This document shows positions 45,312 to 56,103 of a stretch of 64,000 nt of DNA, one piece after another. Position 1 is the first letter of the stretch; every line of letters begins with the position of its first letter. The notes beneath the pieces were generated by a model. The model was not told the origin of the DNA, did not search any database, and saw only the letters and a list, made by a program, of their open reading frames with translations. The DNA is from an uncultured candidatus Porisulfidus sp. Its GTDB lineage: Bacteria > Pseudomonadota > Gammaproteobacteria > Poriferisulfidales > Poriferisulfidaceae. The position numbers were made by a program, and so were the translations under genes. Location of the stretch: the NCBI GenBank assembly GCA_965199755.1, contig CBDASZ010000002.1:1-64000 (forward strand). The letters are read 5' to 3'.

Positions 45312-46599
45312 CGTCTGACCACTCCAGCTCCTGCGGCGTCTCCAGCAAAGCTGTCAGCGCGACCACAAAGCGTGCGCCTTCCACACCATCGATCACCCGG
45401 TGATCGTAAGACAGGGACAACGGCATCATCAGGCGTGGCTCCAGTACGTCTTCGATATATCCCGGCTTGTGCACCGCGCGCGATATGCCAAGCACCGCGA
45501 CTTGCGGCAGATTAATCACTGGCGTGAAGGAACCGCCACCAATCCCGCCGAGATTTGACAGTGTGAACCCACCGCCTTGCATGTCCGCCGCGACCAGTTC
45601 CCCGGCACGGGCGCGTTCGGCCAGTTCAGCCACTTCCTGCGCCAAAGTCAAGATCGGCTTGCTATCGGCATCACGAATGACCGGCACCACCAGTCCCGCT
45701 TCAGTATTCGCAGCGAACCCGATATGAATGTAGTCACGCACGATCAATTCTTTCCCATCTTCGCTTAAGGCCGCATTGATGCGCGGGCATTCGCTCATCA
45801 GTTGCGCACAGGCGCGAATCACGCAAGCAGTCAGCGTGATAGACAGATCGGGATGGCGTTGCGCCCAGTCGCGGCGCTGTTCATCGAGCGCAGTGATGTC
45901 CGCCTCGTGGTGCTGTGTGACATGTGGTGCTAGCTGCCAGTTGCGCTGCAGATTCGCACCACTGCGCCGTTGGATTCGCGTCAACGGTTCGCGATGACAC
46001 GGCCCGAAGCGCTCGGCATCCACCGGCGGCGATTTGGGGCGCGCGGCGGTCGCGGGTTCCTGTTTTTGCGTCAGGATGGCCTTGACGTACTGCTGCACAT
46101 CCTCGCGCGTGATGCGCCCACGACGGCCATGACCGTGCACTTGCGCCAGATCCACGCCCAACTCGCGTGCGAACTTGCGAATCGCCGGACCCGCGTGCGG
46201 CAGATTCCCCAAATGCGGTGGCTCCTCCGGCAGGCTTGCCGGCGGCTCCGATGGCTCCACGACGGGCTGTGGTTCTGCTTCGGGTTCAGGAGCCGCGTCA
46301 GCCTCGGAGGTCTCTGACTGTTCCTGTTCTGACTCTGGCTCGGTGGCCGATTCCTCCGGCACCGGAGCATCCGTCAGCGTGGCCACCAGCGTGTCCATGG
46401 TCACGATATCGCCGAGTGCCACATGCACCGCTTCCACCGTTCCTGAAAACGGCGCGGGCAGGTCCATTGCCGCCTTGTCTGATTCCAGTGTGACCAGCGC
46501 CTCGTCCGCGCGCACGGATTGCCCCGCATCTACAAATACTTCGATGACTTCCGCTTCCGGCACATCCCCCATGTCCGGGACCCGGACTTCGCGACTCAT
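45304..46599 (-). CDS. aceF: Pyruvate dehydrogenase E2 (single lipoyl domain)
   Basis: LESDKA lipoyl motif, P.IRKFARELGVDL, LSYDHRVIDG. Confidence 0.94.
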   Translation of the reverse strand: MSREVRVPDMGDVPEAEVIEVFVDAGQSVRADEALVTLESDKAAMDLPAPFSGTVEAVHVALGDIVTMDTLVATLTDAPVPEESATEPESEQEQSETSEADAAPEPEAEPQPVVEPSEPPASLPEEPPHLGNLPHAGPAIRKFARELGVDLAQVHGHGRRGRITREDVQQYVKAILTQKQEPATAARPKSPPVDAERFGPCHREPLTRIQRRSGANLQRNWQLAPHVTQHHEADITALDEQRRDWAQRHPDLSITLTACVIRACAQLMSECPRINAALSEDGKELIVRDYIHIGFAANTEAGLVVPVIRDADSKPILTLAQEVAELAERARAGELVAADMQGGGFTLSNLGGIGGGSFTPVINLPQVAVLGISRAVHKPGYIEDVLEPRLMMPLSLSYDHRVIDGVEGARFVVALTALLETPQELEWSDDE

Positions 46600-49268
46600 G
46601 ATGCAAACGGTGCCGGACGCTCAGAATCCACTGCGCATTCACGCATGATGGCCTTGGCCGTTTTGGTCGAGAGTTCGCCGCTTTGCGCCAACGCATGGGC
46701 CGCCGTGTGCGCGATATGCGCCGCATTGACCTCAAAGAACTCACGCAGTTTCTCACGGGTGTCGCTGCGCCCGAAGCCGTCCGTTCCCAAAGTATGGTAG
46801 GCGCGCCCGTGCGGGATGCACGAGCGAATCTGTTCGGCGTTCAAACGCATGTAGTCACTTGCCGCAATGATTGGGCCTGATCCGTCTTGCAGACATTGCG
46901 CAACCCAGGATTGCGTCTCCTTGTGCTTTGGATCCAGTCGGCGCTGACGCGCCACTTCCGCGCCTTCACGTGCCAGCTGCGCAAAACTGGTCACGCTCCA
47001 GACTTCCGACTCCACACCGTGCGCGCGCAGCAACTCGGCCGCCGCCAGCACCTCGCGCAGAATCGCACCTGAACCCAGTAATTGCACCGGCACCGCTTTG
47101 TCGTCCTGAATCTCAGCGACACGATACATGCCAGCCAGAATACCCTCGCGCGCACCTTCCGGCATGGGCGGGTGGATGTAGTTTTCGTTCTCGACCGTCA
47201 AGTAGTAGAAGCAGTTTTCATTGCGCTCGTACATACGGCGCAGACCGTCTTCCAGAATCACCGCAATCTCGTAGGCATAAGCCACATCGTAGGCGTAGCA
47301 GTTTGGAATAGTCGCCGCCGCTAGATGGCTATGGCCGTCCTGATGCTGCAACCCCTCACCGGCCAGTGTGGTACGTCCGGCGGTGCCGCCAATCAAAAAG
47401 CCACGCGCCTGCATGTCACCGGCCAGCCACATCAGATCGCCGACGCGCTGAAAGCCAAACATCGAGTAGAAGATGTAAAACGGAATCATGCTGAAACCGT
47501 GCGTGCTGTAGGCGGTTCCCGCAGCCAGAAAAGACCCCATGGCACCGGCCTCGTTGATGCCCTCTTCCAGCACCTGACCGGTTTTCTCTTCGCGGTAGTA
47601 GGCGAGTTTGCCAGCATCTTCCGGCTCGTACAACTGACCGAACGGCGCATAGATACCCAGTTGCCGGAACATCCCCTCCATGCCGAAGGTGCGTGATTCA
47701 TCCGGCACGATTGGCACCACGCGCGGGCCCAGCGTCTTGTCGCGCAGCAGTTGCGTCAGTGCGCGCACCAACGCCATTGTGGTGGACATCTCGTGTTTGT
47801 CGCTGCCTTCCAGCAGCTTGTCGAACACGTCCTCGGGGATCGGCAGTGGATCGGCACTGATGCGACGTTGCGGCAGATAACCGCCCAATGCCTTGCGTCG
47901 CGCCTGCATATAGCGGATCTCCGGGCTGTCGTCTGGCGGGCGATAGAACGGCACTTTGTCAGCGATTTCCTCATCACTGATCGGAATCTTGAAGCGATCG
48001 CGGAAGGTGCGCAGATCTTCTTGGTCGAGTTTCTTCTGCTGGTGCGTGATGTTGCGACCCTCGCCTGCCGCGCCCATGCCATAGCCCTTGATGGTCTTGG
48101 CCAGAATCACGGTCGGTTGTCCGCTATGTGCAAGCGCGGCCTTGTAGGCGGTGTACACCTTGTGCGGATCATGGCCGCCGCGATTCAGTCGCCACAAATC
48201 ATTGTCCGCCATGTTGGCTACCATGGCCTTGAGTTCCGGGTATTTGGCGAAGAAGTGCTCCCGGATGTAGGCTCCGTCACGCGCACTGTAAATCTGGTAG
48301 TCGCCGTCCACGCACTCTTCCATGCGCCGCAGTAGAATGCCTTGGGTGTCACGCGCCAGAAGCGGGTCCCAGTAAGACCCCCAGATCAGCTTAATGACAT
48401 TCCAACCGGCACCGCGAAACACCCCTTCGAGTTCCTGGATGATCTTGCCGTTGCCACGTACCGGACCATCCAAGCGCTGCAGATTGCAGTTAACCACGAA
48501 AATCAGATTGTCCAGCCGTTCGCGACCGGCCACCGATAATGCGCCGATTGATTCCGGCTCATCCATTTCACCGTCGCCGGCGAACACCCACACTTTCCGG
48601 TCGCTGGGGTCCAGCAGTCCGCGATGCTCCAGATACTTCATGAAGCGCGCCTGATAAATGCCTTGCAACGGGCCCAGTCCCATCGACACCGTCGGGAACT
48701 GCCAAAACCCAGGCATTAAGTACGGGTGCGGATATGAGGACAGGCCCTCGCCGTCCACTTCGCGGCGGAACCGGTGCAGATGCTCCGCGTTCAGCCGACC
48801 TTCCAGATAGGCGCGCGCGTACACACCCGGCGAGGAATGTCCCTGAAAGAACACAAGATCGCCGCCGTGCTTCTCGCTCGGAGCGCGCCAGAAATAATTG
48901 AACCCGATGTCGTACAGCGTCGCCACCGAGGCGAAGGTCGCCACGTGACCGCCGAGGCCAGGATGCTCCTGATTGGCGCGCACCACCATCGCCATGGCGT
49001 TCCAGCGAATCAGCGAACGGATGCGCCATTCCAGCGTCGTATCGCCCGGACAACTCTGTTCCTGCGCCGGCGGGATGGTGTTGAGATAGGCAGTGGTCGC
49101 GCTATAGGGGATGCTCAGGCCGGAACGGCGGGCACGATCCAGCAGGCGCTCGAGCAGATAATGCGCCCGCATCGACCCTTCCTCCCGAAATACGGAATCC
49201 AGAGCCTCCAGCCACTCTTGCGTCTCCAGCGGGTCAAGATCCTGAGATTTGGATTCGGATTTGCTCAT
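46596..49268 (-). CDS. aceE: Pyruvate dehydrogenase E1, homodimeric
   Basis: LSSYPHP, PTVSMGLGP, GDGEMDEPES, NCNLQRLDGP, TFGMEG, GEGLQH. Confidence 0.98.
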   Translation of the reverse strand: MSKSESKSQDLDPLETQEWLEALDSVFREEGSMRAHYLLERLLDRARRSGLSIPYSATTAYLNTIPPAQEQSCPGDTTLEWRIRSLIRWNAMAMVVRANQEHPGLGGHVATFASVATLYDIGFNYFWRAPSEKHGGDLVFFQGHSSPGVYARAYLEGRLNAEHLHRFRREVDGEGLSSYPHPYLMPGFWQFPTVSMGLGPLQGIYQARFMKYLEHRGLLDPSDRKVWVFAGDGEMDEPESIGALSVAGRERLDNLIFVVNCNLQRLDGPVRGNGKIIQELEGVFRGAGWNVIKLIWGSYWDPLLARDTQGILLRRMEECVDGDYQIYSARDGAYIREHFFAKYPELKAMVANMADNDLWRLNRGGHDPHKVYTAYKAALAHSGQPTVILAKTIKGYGMGAAGEGRNITHQQKKLDQEDLRTFRDRFKIPISDEEIADKVPFYRPPDDSPEIRYMQARRKALGGYLPQRRISADPLPIPEDVFDKLLEGSDKHEMSTTMALVRALTQLLRDKTLGPRVVPIVPDESRTFGMEGMFRQLGIYAPFGQLYEPEDAGKLAYYREEKTGQVLEEGINEAGAMGSFLAAGTAYSTHGFSMIPFYIFYSMFGFQRVGDLMWLAGDMQARGFLIGGTAGRTTLAGEGLQHQDGHSHLAAATIPNCYAYDVAYAYEIAVILEDGLRRMYERNENCFYYLTVENENYIHPPMPEGAREGILAGMYRVAEIQDDKAVPVQLLGSGAILREVLAAAELLRAHGVESEVWSVTSFAQLAREGAEVARQRRLDPKHKETQSWVAQCLQDGSGPIIAASDYMRLNAEQIRSCIPHGRAYHTLGTDGFGRSDTREKLREFFEVNAAHIAHTAAHALAQSGELSTKTAKAIMRECAVDSERPAPFAS

Positions 49269-49361
49269 GGCGGTAGAAAGTGCCGTCGCCGTTATTATTA
49301 TCTATATTGCTCGCAGTTGACGAAGTGAAGTGGGCCCGCCTCTGTATAATCTATCTCGCTG

Positions 49362-50651
49362 ATGTCCCGCACACTCACCGCTATTCTGCTGCTGACACCG
49401 CTTTGGCTGGCGTCAGGTTGCAATCTGTTGCCAGAAGCGGCAGAAAACGAGTTCGTCGGCAAGAATGCCGCGCAACTCTATACCATGGGCGTCACCTTTC
49501 GGCGCAACGGCAACTACACCAAGGCGATTGAGGCATTTGACTATCTGGAAGGCGCATTCCCCTTCGACCCTTACGCCCAGCAAGGCATGCTGGAGAAAGC
49601 CTACTCTCAGCACCGCCAAGAGCAGCACGTTGAGGGGATTCTGACGCTCAACCGTTTCATTGAACAAAACCCGGTTCATGAGAACATCACCTACGCGCAT
49701 TATCTGCGCGGCGTCACCTACTTTGATTACGGGCAGACCCTGCTGCATCACATCCTGCCCTACATTCGGCACAACAAGGATCCGACACCGTGGAAGGCTT
49801 CGTTTACCAACTTCAGCTGGATCGTCACCAACGACCCTCAGTCACCGTATGCGGCTGACGCGCAACAGCGCACCGTGTTTCTGCGCAACTTGCTGGCGCG
49901 CTATGAAGTGCACGTGATGGATTTCTACTTGCGCCGCAAAGCCTACGTCGCCGTGATCAACCGCAGCAAGTATCTGCTGGAGCGCTATCATGGCGCGCCG
50001 CAGATGGCGGATGCGCTGTGGTTCATGGAACAGGCCTACCGCAAAATGGGAATAAACGACCTGGCGGACAGCGCCGATCAGGTGCGGCAGTTGAACTTCC
50101 CGCACTATGATGCGAAACGGGCGGCCGAGGAGACGGTGGAGGACGGCATGTTCACCACCGCCGGGAACTGGATCGGTGATATGACGGACAGCATCGCCAG
50201 TTTCGTCGGCTTCGACATCGCCGAATTGCCGCCGGAAGATCTCAGCCATCGCTACAAGGAGATTGATCTGTATGTCGCGGAGGTAGACGAATACCGCTCT
50301 GCACGTGAGCCTGCGAAGATCGTCGTCTCAAGCGTCGAAAGTGGCCATCGCCCGGACCCGTCCGACTCAGACGGGGATGCCTGGCAAAAGTTTCTGACAC
50401 TGCTGGGAATGGCCGATGACGACGAGGAGCCGGTTCCGATTGTGCCGGTAGGAGAAGAAGCGGAAGGAGAAGCTGAGGCTGAAGCCGAAGAAGCGGCTCC
50501 TGACACCGGCGAGGCCCCGGATCTGGAAACGCTGGTCGAGTCCCCTGCGGAACCGCTTGAAATCACTCCCGACTCGGATCCGGTCGCAGAACCGGAGCAA
50601 AACGAACGCATTCCGTCGGCGCAGCCGCCACCGGAACTGCCCACACCTTAA
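49362..50651 (+). CDS. bamD: Outer membrane assembly factor BamD with a long acidic C-terminal extension
   Basis: Lipobox ASGC, FPF.PYAQQ, RFI...P.H.N..YA.Y.RG, P.SPYAADA..R, LARYE, YLRR.AYVAVINR. Confidence 0.85.
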   Translation: MSRTLTAILLLTPLWLASGCNLLPEAAENEFVGKNAAQLYTMGVTFRRNGNYTKAIEAFDYLEGAFPFDPYAQQGMLEKAYSQHRQEQHVEGILTLNRFIEQNPVHENITYAHYLRGVTYFDYGQTLLHHILPYIRHNKDPTPWKASFTNFSWIVTNDPQSPYAADAQQRTVFLRNLLARYEVHVMDFYLRRKAYVAVINRSKYLLERYHGAPQMADALWFMEQAYRKMGINDLADSADQVRQLNFPHYDAKRAAEETVEDGMFTTAGNWIGDMTDSIASFVGFDIAELPPEDLSHRYKEIDLYVAEVDEYRSAREPAKIVVSSVESGHRPDPSDSDGDAWQKFLTLLGMADDDEEPVPIVPVGEEAEGEAEAEAEEAAPDTGEAPDLETLVESPAEPLEITPDSDPVAEPEQNERIPSAQPPPELPTP

Positions 50652-50658
50652 ATAGCCC

Positions 50659-52254
50659 TCAAGGACGATACGCCGACGTGATCGGATAGCGCCGATCGCG
50701 ACCAAACGCACGCTGCGTGGTCTTCACTCCGGGCGGTGCCTGCCGACGCTTGTATTCACTGGCTAACACCCGCGCCACCACTTCGTGCACGGTGTCGGCC
50801 TCAAAACCTTCCGCGATGATCGCCTCAGGCGCGCAATCTTCTTCAATAAAGCGACGCAAAATGGCGTCCAGCACCGGATATTCCGGCAGTGAATCTGAGT
50901 CTTTTTGGTCGGCGCGCAATTCCGCGCTCGGCGCGCGCGTCACAATGCGCTCCGGGATGACTTCCTGCTCTCGGTTGCGCCAGCGGGCCAGATCATAAAC
51001 CCGTGTCTTGAACACATCCTTCAGCGGCGCGAACCCACCCGCCATATCGCCGTACAAAGTCGCGTAGCCCACCGCCATCTCGCTCTTGTTGCCGGTGGTC
51101 AGCAGCAATTTGCCGCTGTGATTCGACCACGCCATCAGCAGCAGGCCGCGAATGCGCGCCTGCAGGTTCTGCTGCACCAGATCTTTCTGTGCGACTTCAC
51201 CCAGACTGTTGCACAAGGCAGCGAAGGTCGACTCAATCGACACGTCATGCAGTACCACAGCCAGACGCTCAGCCAACAGGTCAGCATCCTCAACACTCAT
51301 CTCCGAGGTGTAGCGCGACGGCATCGCCAGCGCCTCGACCCGATCCGCGCCCAGAGCATCCACTGCAATCGTCAGCGTCAATGCCGAATCAATGCCGCCC
51401 GACAACCCAACCAGCACGCCGGGAGAGTGGTGCTTGTCAACATAATCGCGCACTCCCAAAACCAGCGCCTGATACAGCATCGCATCCTCACTCAGTGCTT
51501 CGGCTTGCGGCGCGGCGCACCACGAACTGTCCGCATCCTGGCACTCCAGTTCCGCTTCCACAAAACTCGGTGATTGCGCCAGCAACTCGCCGCTCGCATC
51601 AAGCACGAAACTCGCGCCGTCAAATACCAATTCGTCTTGACCGCCGACCTGATTGACGTAGCACACTGCACACCCGGTCTCCTGTACACGCGAGCGCGCC
51701 GCTTCAAGGCGTCGATCGCCTTTGCTGCTGTCAAATGGAGAGGCGTTCAGGCATAGCAAGGTCTGCGCACCATCACGCGCCAGTTCGCTCGCCACCCGCG
51801 ATTGCCAGAGATCCTCGCAAATCAGAATACCAAAGCGGTGATCCGCGATCTGCACCGCAGCAGTCTCGGTGCCCCGCGTAAAATAACGCTGCTCATCGAA
51901 CACATCGTAGTGCGGCAGCAGTTGCTTGCGCACCACCGCTTGCACTGCACCGTCATGGCAGACCACGGCTGCGTTGTATAGGGCGTCGCCTTCGCGCTGC
52001 GGCGCGCCGACGACCAGCCAGTGCGCACCGCTCTCGGCCGCTAGACGGGCGATCGCCTGATCGGTTTGCGCAAGAAAATCATCGCGAAGCAGCAAGTCTT
52101 CCGGCGGGTAGCCGCACAAGGCCAGTTCCGGGAACACCCAGATGGCCGGCTGCGGGCGCTCTTGCAGATACGCCAGCACGCGCGTGGCATTGCCCTCAAT
52201 GTCCCCCACCAGCGGGTTGAACTGAATCAGACGGATCGGGAGAGACACAGACAT
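50659..52254 (-). CDS. nadE: Glutamine-dependent NAD+ synthetase
   Basis: Nitrilase domain (FPEL, K, ICED), GLSGGIDS, NLQARIRG, TGNKSE, SEYKRRQ. Confidence 0.96.
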   Translation of the reverse strand: MSVSLPIRLIQFNPLVGDIEGNATRVLAYLQERPQPAIWVFPELALCGYPPEDLLLRDDFLAQTDQAIARLAAESGAHWLVVGAPQREGDALYNAAVVCHDGAVQAVVRKQLLPHYDVFDEQRYFTRGTETAAVQIADHRFGILICEDLWQSRVASELARDGAQTLLCLNASPFDSSKGDRRLEAARSRVQETGCAVCYVNQVGGQDELVFDGASFVLDASGELLAQSPSFVEAELECQDADSSWCAAPQAEALSEDAMLYQALVLGVRDYVDKHHSPGVLVGLSGGIDSALTLTIAVDALGADRVEALAMPSRYTSEMSVEDADLLAERLAVVLHDVSIESTFAALCNSLGEVAQKDLVQQNLQARIRGLLLMAWSNHSGKLLLTTGNKSEMAVGYATLYGDMAGGFAPLKDVFKTRVYDLARWRNREQEVIPERIVTRAPSAELRADQKDSDSLPEYPVLDAILRRFIEEDCAPEAIIAEGFEADTVHEVVARVLASEYKRRQAPPGVKTTQRAFGRDRRYPITSAYRP

Positions 52255-52281
52255 GCCAATAATGAGTGATGCGGGTTAATT

Positions 52282-53391
52282 TTAAGGGGAGAGCCGTAGC
52301 AACTGTCCTTGCTCCGCATCCGTCAGCACATAAATATGTCCGTCCGCGAGTACGCGAACATCGCGAATGCGCAGCCCATGAGGCTTGGGCAGAATGTGTT
52401 CGGACAATACGCCTTCTGCATCCGGTGCCAGCCGATGCAGTTGCCGAAACTTCAGCGCGCCGACCAGAAAGTGTCCAATCCATGCAGGGAACACCGCGCC
52501 GTCATAGATCGCGAACCCCGATGGCGCGATCGACGGCGTCCATTGCCAGCGCGGCGACTCAATGCCGGGCGCTTCCTGCCATTCGCTCACGCGCCCACCA
52601 GTGTATTCCTCTCCGTAAGTGACGATCGGCCAGCCATAATTGGCACCGGCGACCACCTGATTGAGCTCATCTCCCCCTTTCGGGCCGTGTTCATGCAGCC
52701 ATAACTCGCCGGTGAGCGGATGCAGCGACATGCCTTGCGGATTGCGATGTCCGTAGGACCAGATTTCAGAATGGGCGTCCTTCTGATTCAGAAACGGGTT
52801 GTCCGACGGCAGGCTGCCGTCGGCGTGCAGACGAAGAACCTTGCCGTGATGAGAATCGAGCTGCTGCGAGCCGGCACGCTCACCGCGATCGCCTACGGTG
52901 ATGAACAGATAGCCGTCGGCATCCAGCACGAGACGCCCCGCGAAATGCCAAGTCAGGCCGCTGCACGGCTGCGCCTCAAACAGCAACTGCTCATCCGACA
53001 GGGTCTGCCCCTGCAGGCGGTAGCGGCTGACCACGGTGGTGAAGCCGCTTGCGCACGAGGCGCTGTAGCTTAGATAGATCCAGTTCTCGCCGGTCGCGAA
53101 CTGCGGATGCAGCGCGACATCCAGCAATCCGCCCTGCCCGACAAAAGCGACGTCCGGTGTACCGCTCACCATGCGGCGATTGCGCCCTTGCACGTCGAGT
53201 CGCAACAACTCACCGGGCTTGGTCGTCACCAGCAACTCGCCCTCTGGCAGTTGCGCGAGACTCCACGGGAAATTCAGGTCTTCTGCCAGCACCTCTACCC
53301 GGAGTTCTTCGGCGGCAACGGGCGACAATGACAGCCACAAACTGCAGGCGAAGACACGGCTGGTGCCGTTGACAATCCGCAAAAAACTCAT
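52282..53391 (-). CDS. PQQ-dependent sugar dehydrogenase (YliI/GdhB family)
   Basis: GQGGLLDV..HP, GDRG, SYGHRNPQG, EHGPKGGDELN, NYGWP, IAPSG, RIRDV. Confidence 0.9.
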   Translation of the reverse strand: MSFLRIVNGTSRVFACSLWLSLSPVAAEELRVEVLAEDLNFPWSLAQLPEGELLVTTKPGELLRLDVQGRNRRMVSGTPDVAFVGQGGLLDVALHPQFATGENWIYLSYSASCASGFTTVVSRYRLQGQTLSDEQLLFEAQPCSGLTWHFAGRLVLDADGYLFITVGDRGERAGSQQLDSHHGKVLRLHADGSLPSDNPFLNQKDAHSEIWSYGHRNPQGMSLHPLTGELWLHEHGPKGGDELNQVVAGANYGWPIVTYGEEYTGGRVSEWQEAPGIESPRWQWTPSIAPSGFAIYDGAVFPAWIGHFLVGALKFRQLHRLAPDAEGVLSEHILPKPHGLRIRDVRVLADGHIYVLTDAEQGQLLRLSP

Positions 53392-53492
53392 AAGGGTTGC
53401 ACAGGATCGGAGGCCTTATTCTATGAAGTCAATTTCTCCAAACTGCAAAACAGGCATAATTGGGGTATCGGGAATTGCCTGCTTATGCCGCT

Positions 53493-54287
53493 ATGCCCCC
53501 TGATCCTTTCTGGTTCGTCGCTGTGTTCCTGTCGGGTGCAATTGCCGGCAGTTTCCTCAATACGCTGGTCGCACGGCTGCCGAACATGCTACTGCAGCCG
53601 GCCTCCGGCCTGAGCCTGAACGCGCCACGCTCGTTTTGCCCGGTCTGCGAACACGCCTTGCGAGTGCGCGATCTGGTGCCGCTATTCAGTTATCTGGCCT
53701 TGCGCGGGCGCTGCGCACACTGCAACGTTACCATCCCGCGGCGCTACTTTGTGCTGGAACTCACCGCCGGATTGATCGCGCTGGGTGCCTGGTGGCATTT
53801 TGCCGATTTGCAAGATGCCATTGCGGTCGCCATCCTGGGCTGGGGTCTGCTTGCGCTGTCAGTCATTGACTGGCGCACCCAACTGCTGCCAGACCTGATC
53901 GTCTACCCGCTATTGTGGCTGGGCTTGTTGGTGAACCTCAATGGCACGTTTGCACCACTGGGCGATGCTGTCATCGGTGCCGCTGCCGGATATTTGAGTC
54001 TGTGGTTCTTGCATCATCTGTTCCGTCTGCTGGCGCGCGAGGAAGGCATGGGCGGCGGAGACTTCAAACTGTTTGCAGTTGGCGGTGCCTGGCTAGGCTG
54101 GATGTATCTGCCCTGGATCGCACTGCTGGCTTCTGTACTGTGCCTGTTGTCCTGGCTGGTATTGTTGTTGCGCGGGCAGCGCACCCGACAACTCGCATTC
54201 GGTCCTGCACTGTCCGCGGCAATGGCCTGGTTGCTGGTAGCGCCTGAATCCGTGCATGTGCTGGCCCAAGGGCTGAGTCTGTTATGA
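53493..54287 (+). CDS. pilD: Prepilin peptidase/N-methyltransferase
   Basis: GSFLN, RS.CP.C, RGRC..C, ID...LLPD, GMGGGDFKL, FGP.L. Confidence 0.93.
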   Translation: MPPDPFWFVAVFLSGAIAGSFLNTLVARLPNMLLQPASGLSLNAPRSFCPVCEHALRVRDLVPLFSYLALRGRCAHCNVTIPRRYFVLELTAGLIALGAWWHFADLQDAIAVAILGWGLLALSVIDWRTQLLPDLIVYPLLWLGLLVNLNGTFAPLGDAVIGAAAGYLSLWFLHHLFRLLAREEGMGGGDFKLFAVGGAWLGWMYLPWIALLASVLCLLSWLVLLLRGQRTRQLAFGPALSAAMAWLLVAPESVHVLAQGLSLL

Positions 54288-54880
54288 GCGGCCTGTTGCG
54301 TCTGGGCATGACAGGCGGCGCGGCCTGCGGCAAGTCTTCATCGGCGCAGGCGTTCGCAGAACTCGGCGTGCCGATTATTGATGCCGATGATGTGGTTCGG
54401 CAGCTGACACGCCCCGGAGAGCCGCTGCTGCAGGAAGTTATCTCGCAAGCCGGTCCCTCGGTACGACACGCGGACGGAAGTCTGGACCGGGCACAGCTGC
54501 GCGATCTGCTGTTCCGGGATGCCGCCATGCGCCGCGTCATCGAAAGGGTGCTGCATCCTCCGGCGAAACGAATTATTCTCGACTGGTTCGATGAGCAGTC
54601 CGGCCCCTTGGCGATCGCCGTGGTGCCGTTGCTATTCGAGACGGACTGGCATCATGTCATGGACCGGGTGCTGGTGGTGAATTGCCCGGCCTCAGTGCAG
54701 CGCGAACGACTGTTGCAACGCGAAGGGATCACTGATGCGATGGCGAATACCATTCTGGCTTGTCAGGCTTCGGAAGCCAAGCGGCTCAGCCTGGCCGATG
54801 ATGTGCTGGACACCACCGGCACAGTAGAGGAGCTAACCGCCAAGGTCGCCGAATTGCATGAAATGTATCTGCATTTATGA
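54284..54880 (+). CDS. coaE: Dephospho-CoA kinase
   Basis: GMTGG..CGKS, IDAD, LDRAQL, HP, VPLLFE. Confidence 0.93.
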   Translation: MSGLLRLGMTGGAACGKSSSAQAFAELGVPIIDADDVVRQLTRPGEPLLQEVISQAGPSVRHADGSLDRAQLRDLLFRDAAMRRVIERVLHPPAKRIILDWFDEQSGPLAIAVVPLLFETDWHHVMDRVLVVNCPASVQRERLLQREGITDAMANTILACQASEAKRLSLADDVLDTTGTVEELTAKVAELHEMYLHL

Positions 54881-55665
54881 GCAACCCCTCGCTGTTCGCG
54901 CGCCATCTGATTTATGAGCATGCGATCACCAAGCGCATGCGCATTCTGACACGCGTGGATTATCTGGCGCGCCAATTCGCTCACCACTGCGAACAAACCT
55001 CAACGTGGGACCTTCGCGCCGCCATCAACACCCTGCTGGAACTCAATACCCTGATGGAGCGCAACAGCATCAAACTGGAAGTGCTGCGCGAACTGGAGCA
55101 GCGCATCAATTGGCTGGAGATGCTGCGCGATGTGAACGGCGTGGATCAACAACGCATAGACGAGATCATCACCGAGCATCAAAACCTGCTGGAGGAAGTT
55201 CGCGAGATGCCCTATCCGGTCGGCGAAACACTCACCAAACACGCCTTCATCAATACGGTGCGCCAACGCAACCAGATGCCCGGCTGCACCAGCGAAACCG
55301 ATCTGCCGCTGTATTACAAGTGGCTTAGCGACCCGCGCGTCAATCACACGATTTTGCTGCGGCAATGGTTTGAGCCTTTCACCACCATCGTCCACACCGG
55401 GCGCACCCTGCTTGACTGGATCCGTAGCAGCGCTCCGTTCCATAGCGCCTCCGCCACCCGAGGCTGGTTTGAGACTGAACTCGATGCCAGCCGCAGCCAC
55501 CAAATGATTCGGGTGAAACTGCGCACGGACACCAACCTCTATCCCGAAATCAGTGTCTCTAATCAGTCATGCACCATTGTGTTTCGTAACGGCGAGGCGC
55601 TGCACCAGCGCCCGTATCAAACCACCGATGACGTCGAGTTCGAACTCTCGCGCTGCCTGTTTTGA
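54877..55665 (+). CDS. zapD: Cell division protein ZapD
   Basis: YEH...RMR..R, RQR..PG....DLP, YPEIS, DVEFEL. It follows coaE. Confidence 0.85.
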   Translation: MSNPSLFARHLIYEHAITKRMRILTRVDYLARQFAHHCEQTSTWDLRAAINTLLELNTLMERNSIKLEVLRELEQRINWLEMLRDVNGVDQQRIDEIITEHQNLLEEVREMPYPVGETLTKHAFINTVRQRNQMPGCTSETDLPLYYKWLSDPRVNHTILLRQWFEPFTTIVHTGRTLLDWIRSSAPFHSASATRGWFETELDASRSHQMIRVKLRTDTNLYPEISVSNQSCTIVFRNGEALHQRPYQTTDDVEFELSRCLF

Positions 55666-55701
55666 TTAAACTGGCAGAACTTTCAAACTGAACTCAGTTC
55701 G

Positions 55702-55755
55702 ATGATCATTCGCGTCACTGTAGAGAACTTCAAACAATTTCAGAAACAGGCCTTC
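55702..55755 (+). pseudogene. N-terminal stub of an SMC/ABC-like AAA ATPase
   Basis: ATG ATC ATT CGC... gives MIIRVTVENFKQFQKQAF, the typical first strand plus NFK motif. No Walker A follows. Confidence 0.55.
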
Positions 55756-56103
55756 GGGGTCCCCGAAAACGTCCGTGTGCTTGCATTGAAGTTCAGCCAA
55801 TCCGGCAACGCAGAATCATCATCCAGAGTCGCGGTGTAGGTCAGAGTGTCCATATCTGTGTCGGTGAAGATGTCGGCCGGGAATTGATACGTGAACGCCG
55901 TGCCTGTTGTCGCCGCTTTCGATACTGCTCGAACCGTAACGTTGGTTAGAGTAGCACCCTGCGTACCGGTCGTGAAACTCATTTGGCGGAAATTGTTGAC
56001 TGTAACATTGGGTCTGGCAACCTGACTCCAATTTTGAGACTAATAGCGCGGCCGTAACCGGCGGCGCAGTGCATACAGAGGTTGCAAGCAAAAGTAACGC
56101 CAC
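55740..56103 (-). pseudogene. Relic of a large surface protein (signal peptide, LVSN..Q/FTTG domain start, dystroglycan-type cadherin/Ig fragment)
   Basis: Removing one base from the T4 run at 56032-56035 joins ALLLLATS..AALLVS to NWSQ..SFTTG..TLTNVTV. This is followed by FTDTD.DTLTYTATL..ALPDWLNFNASTRTFSGTP. Confidence 0.7.
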
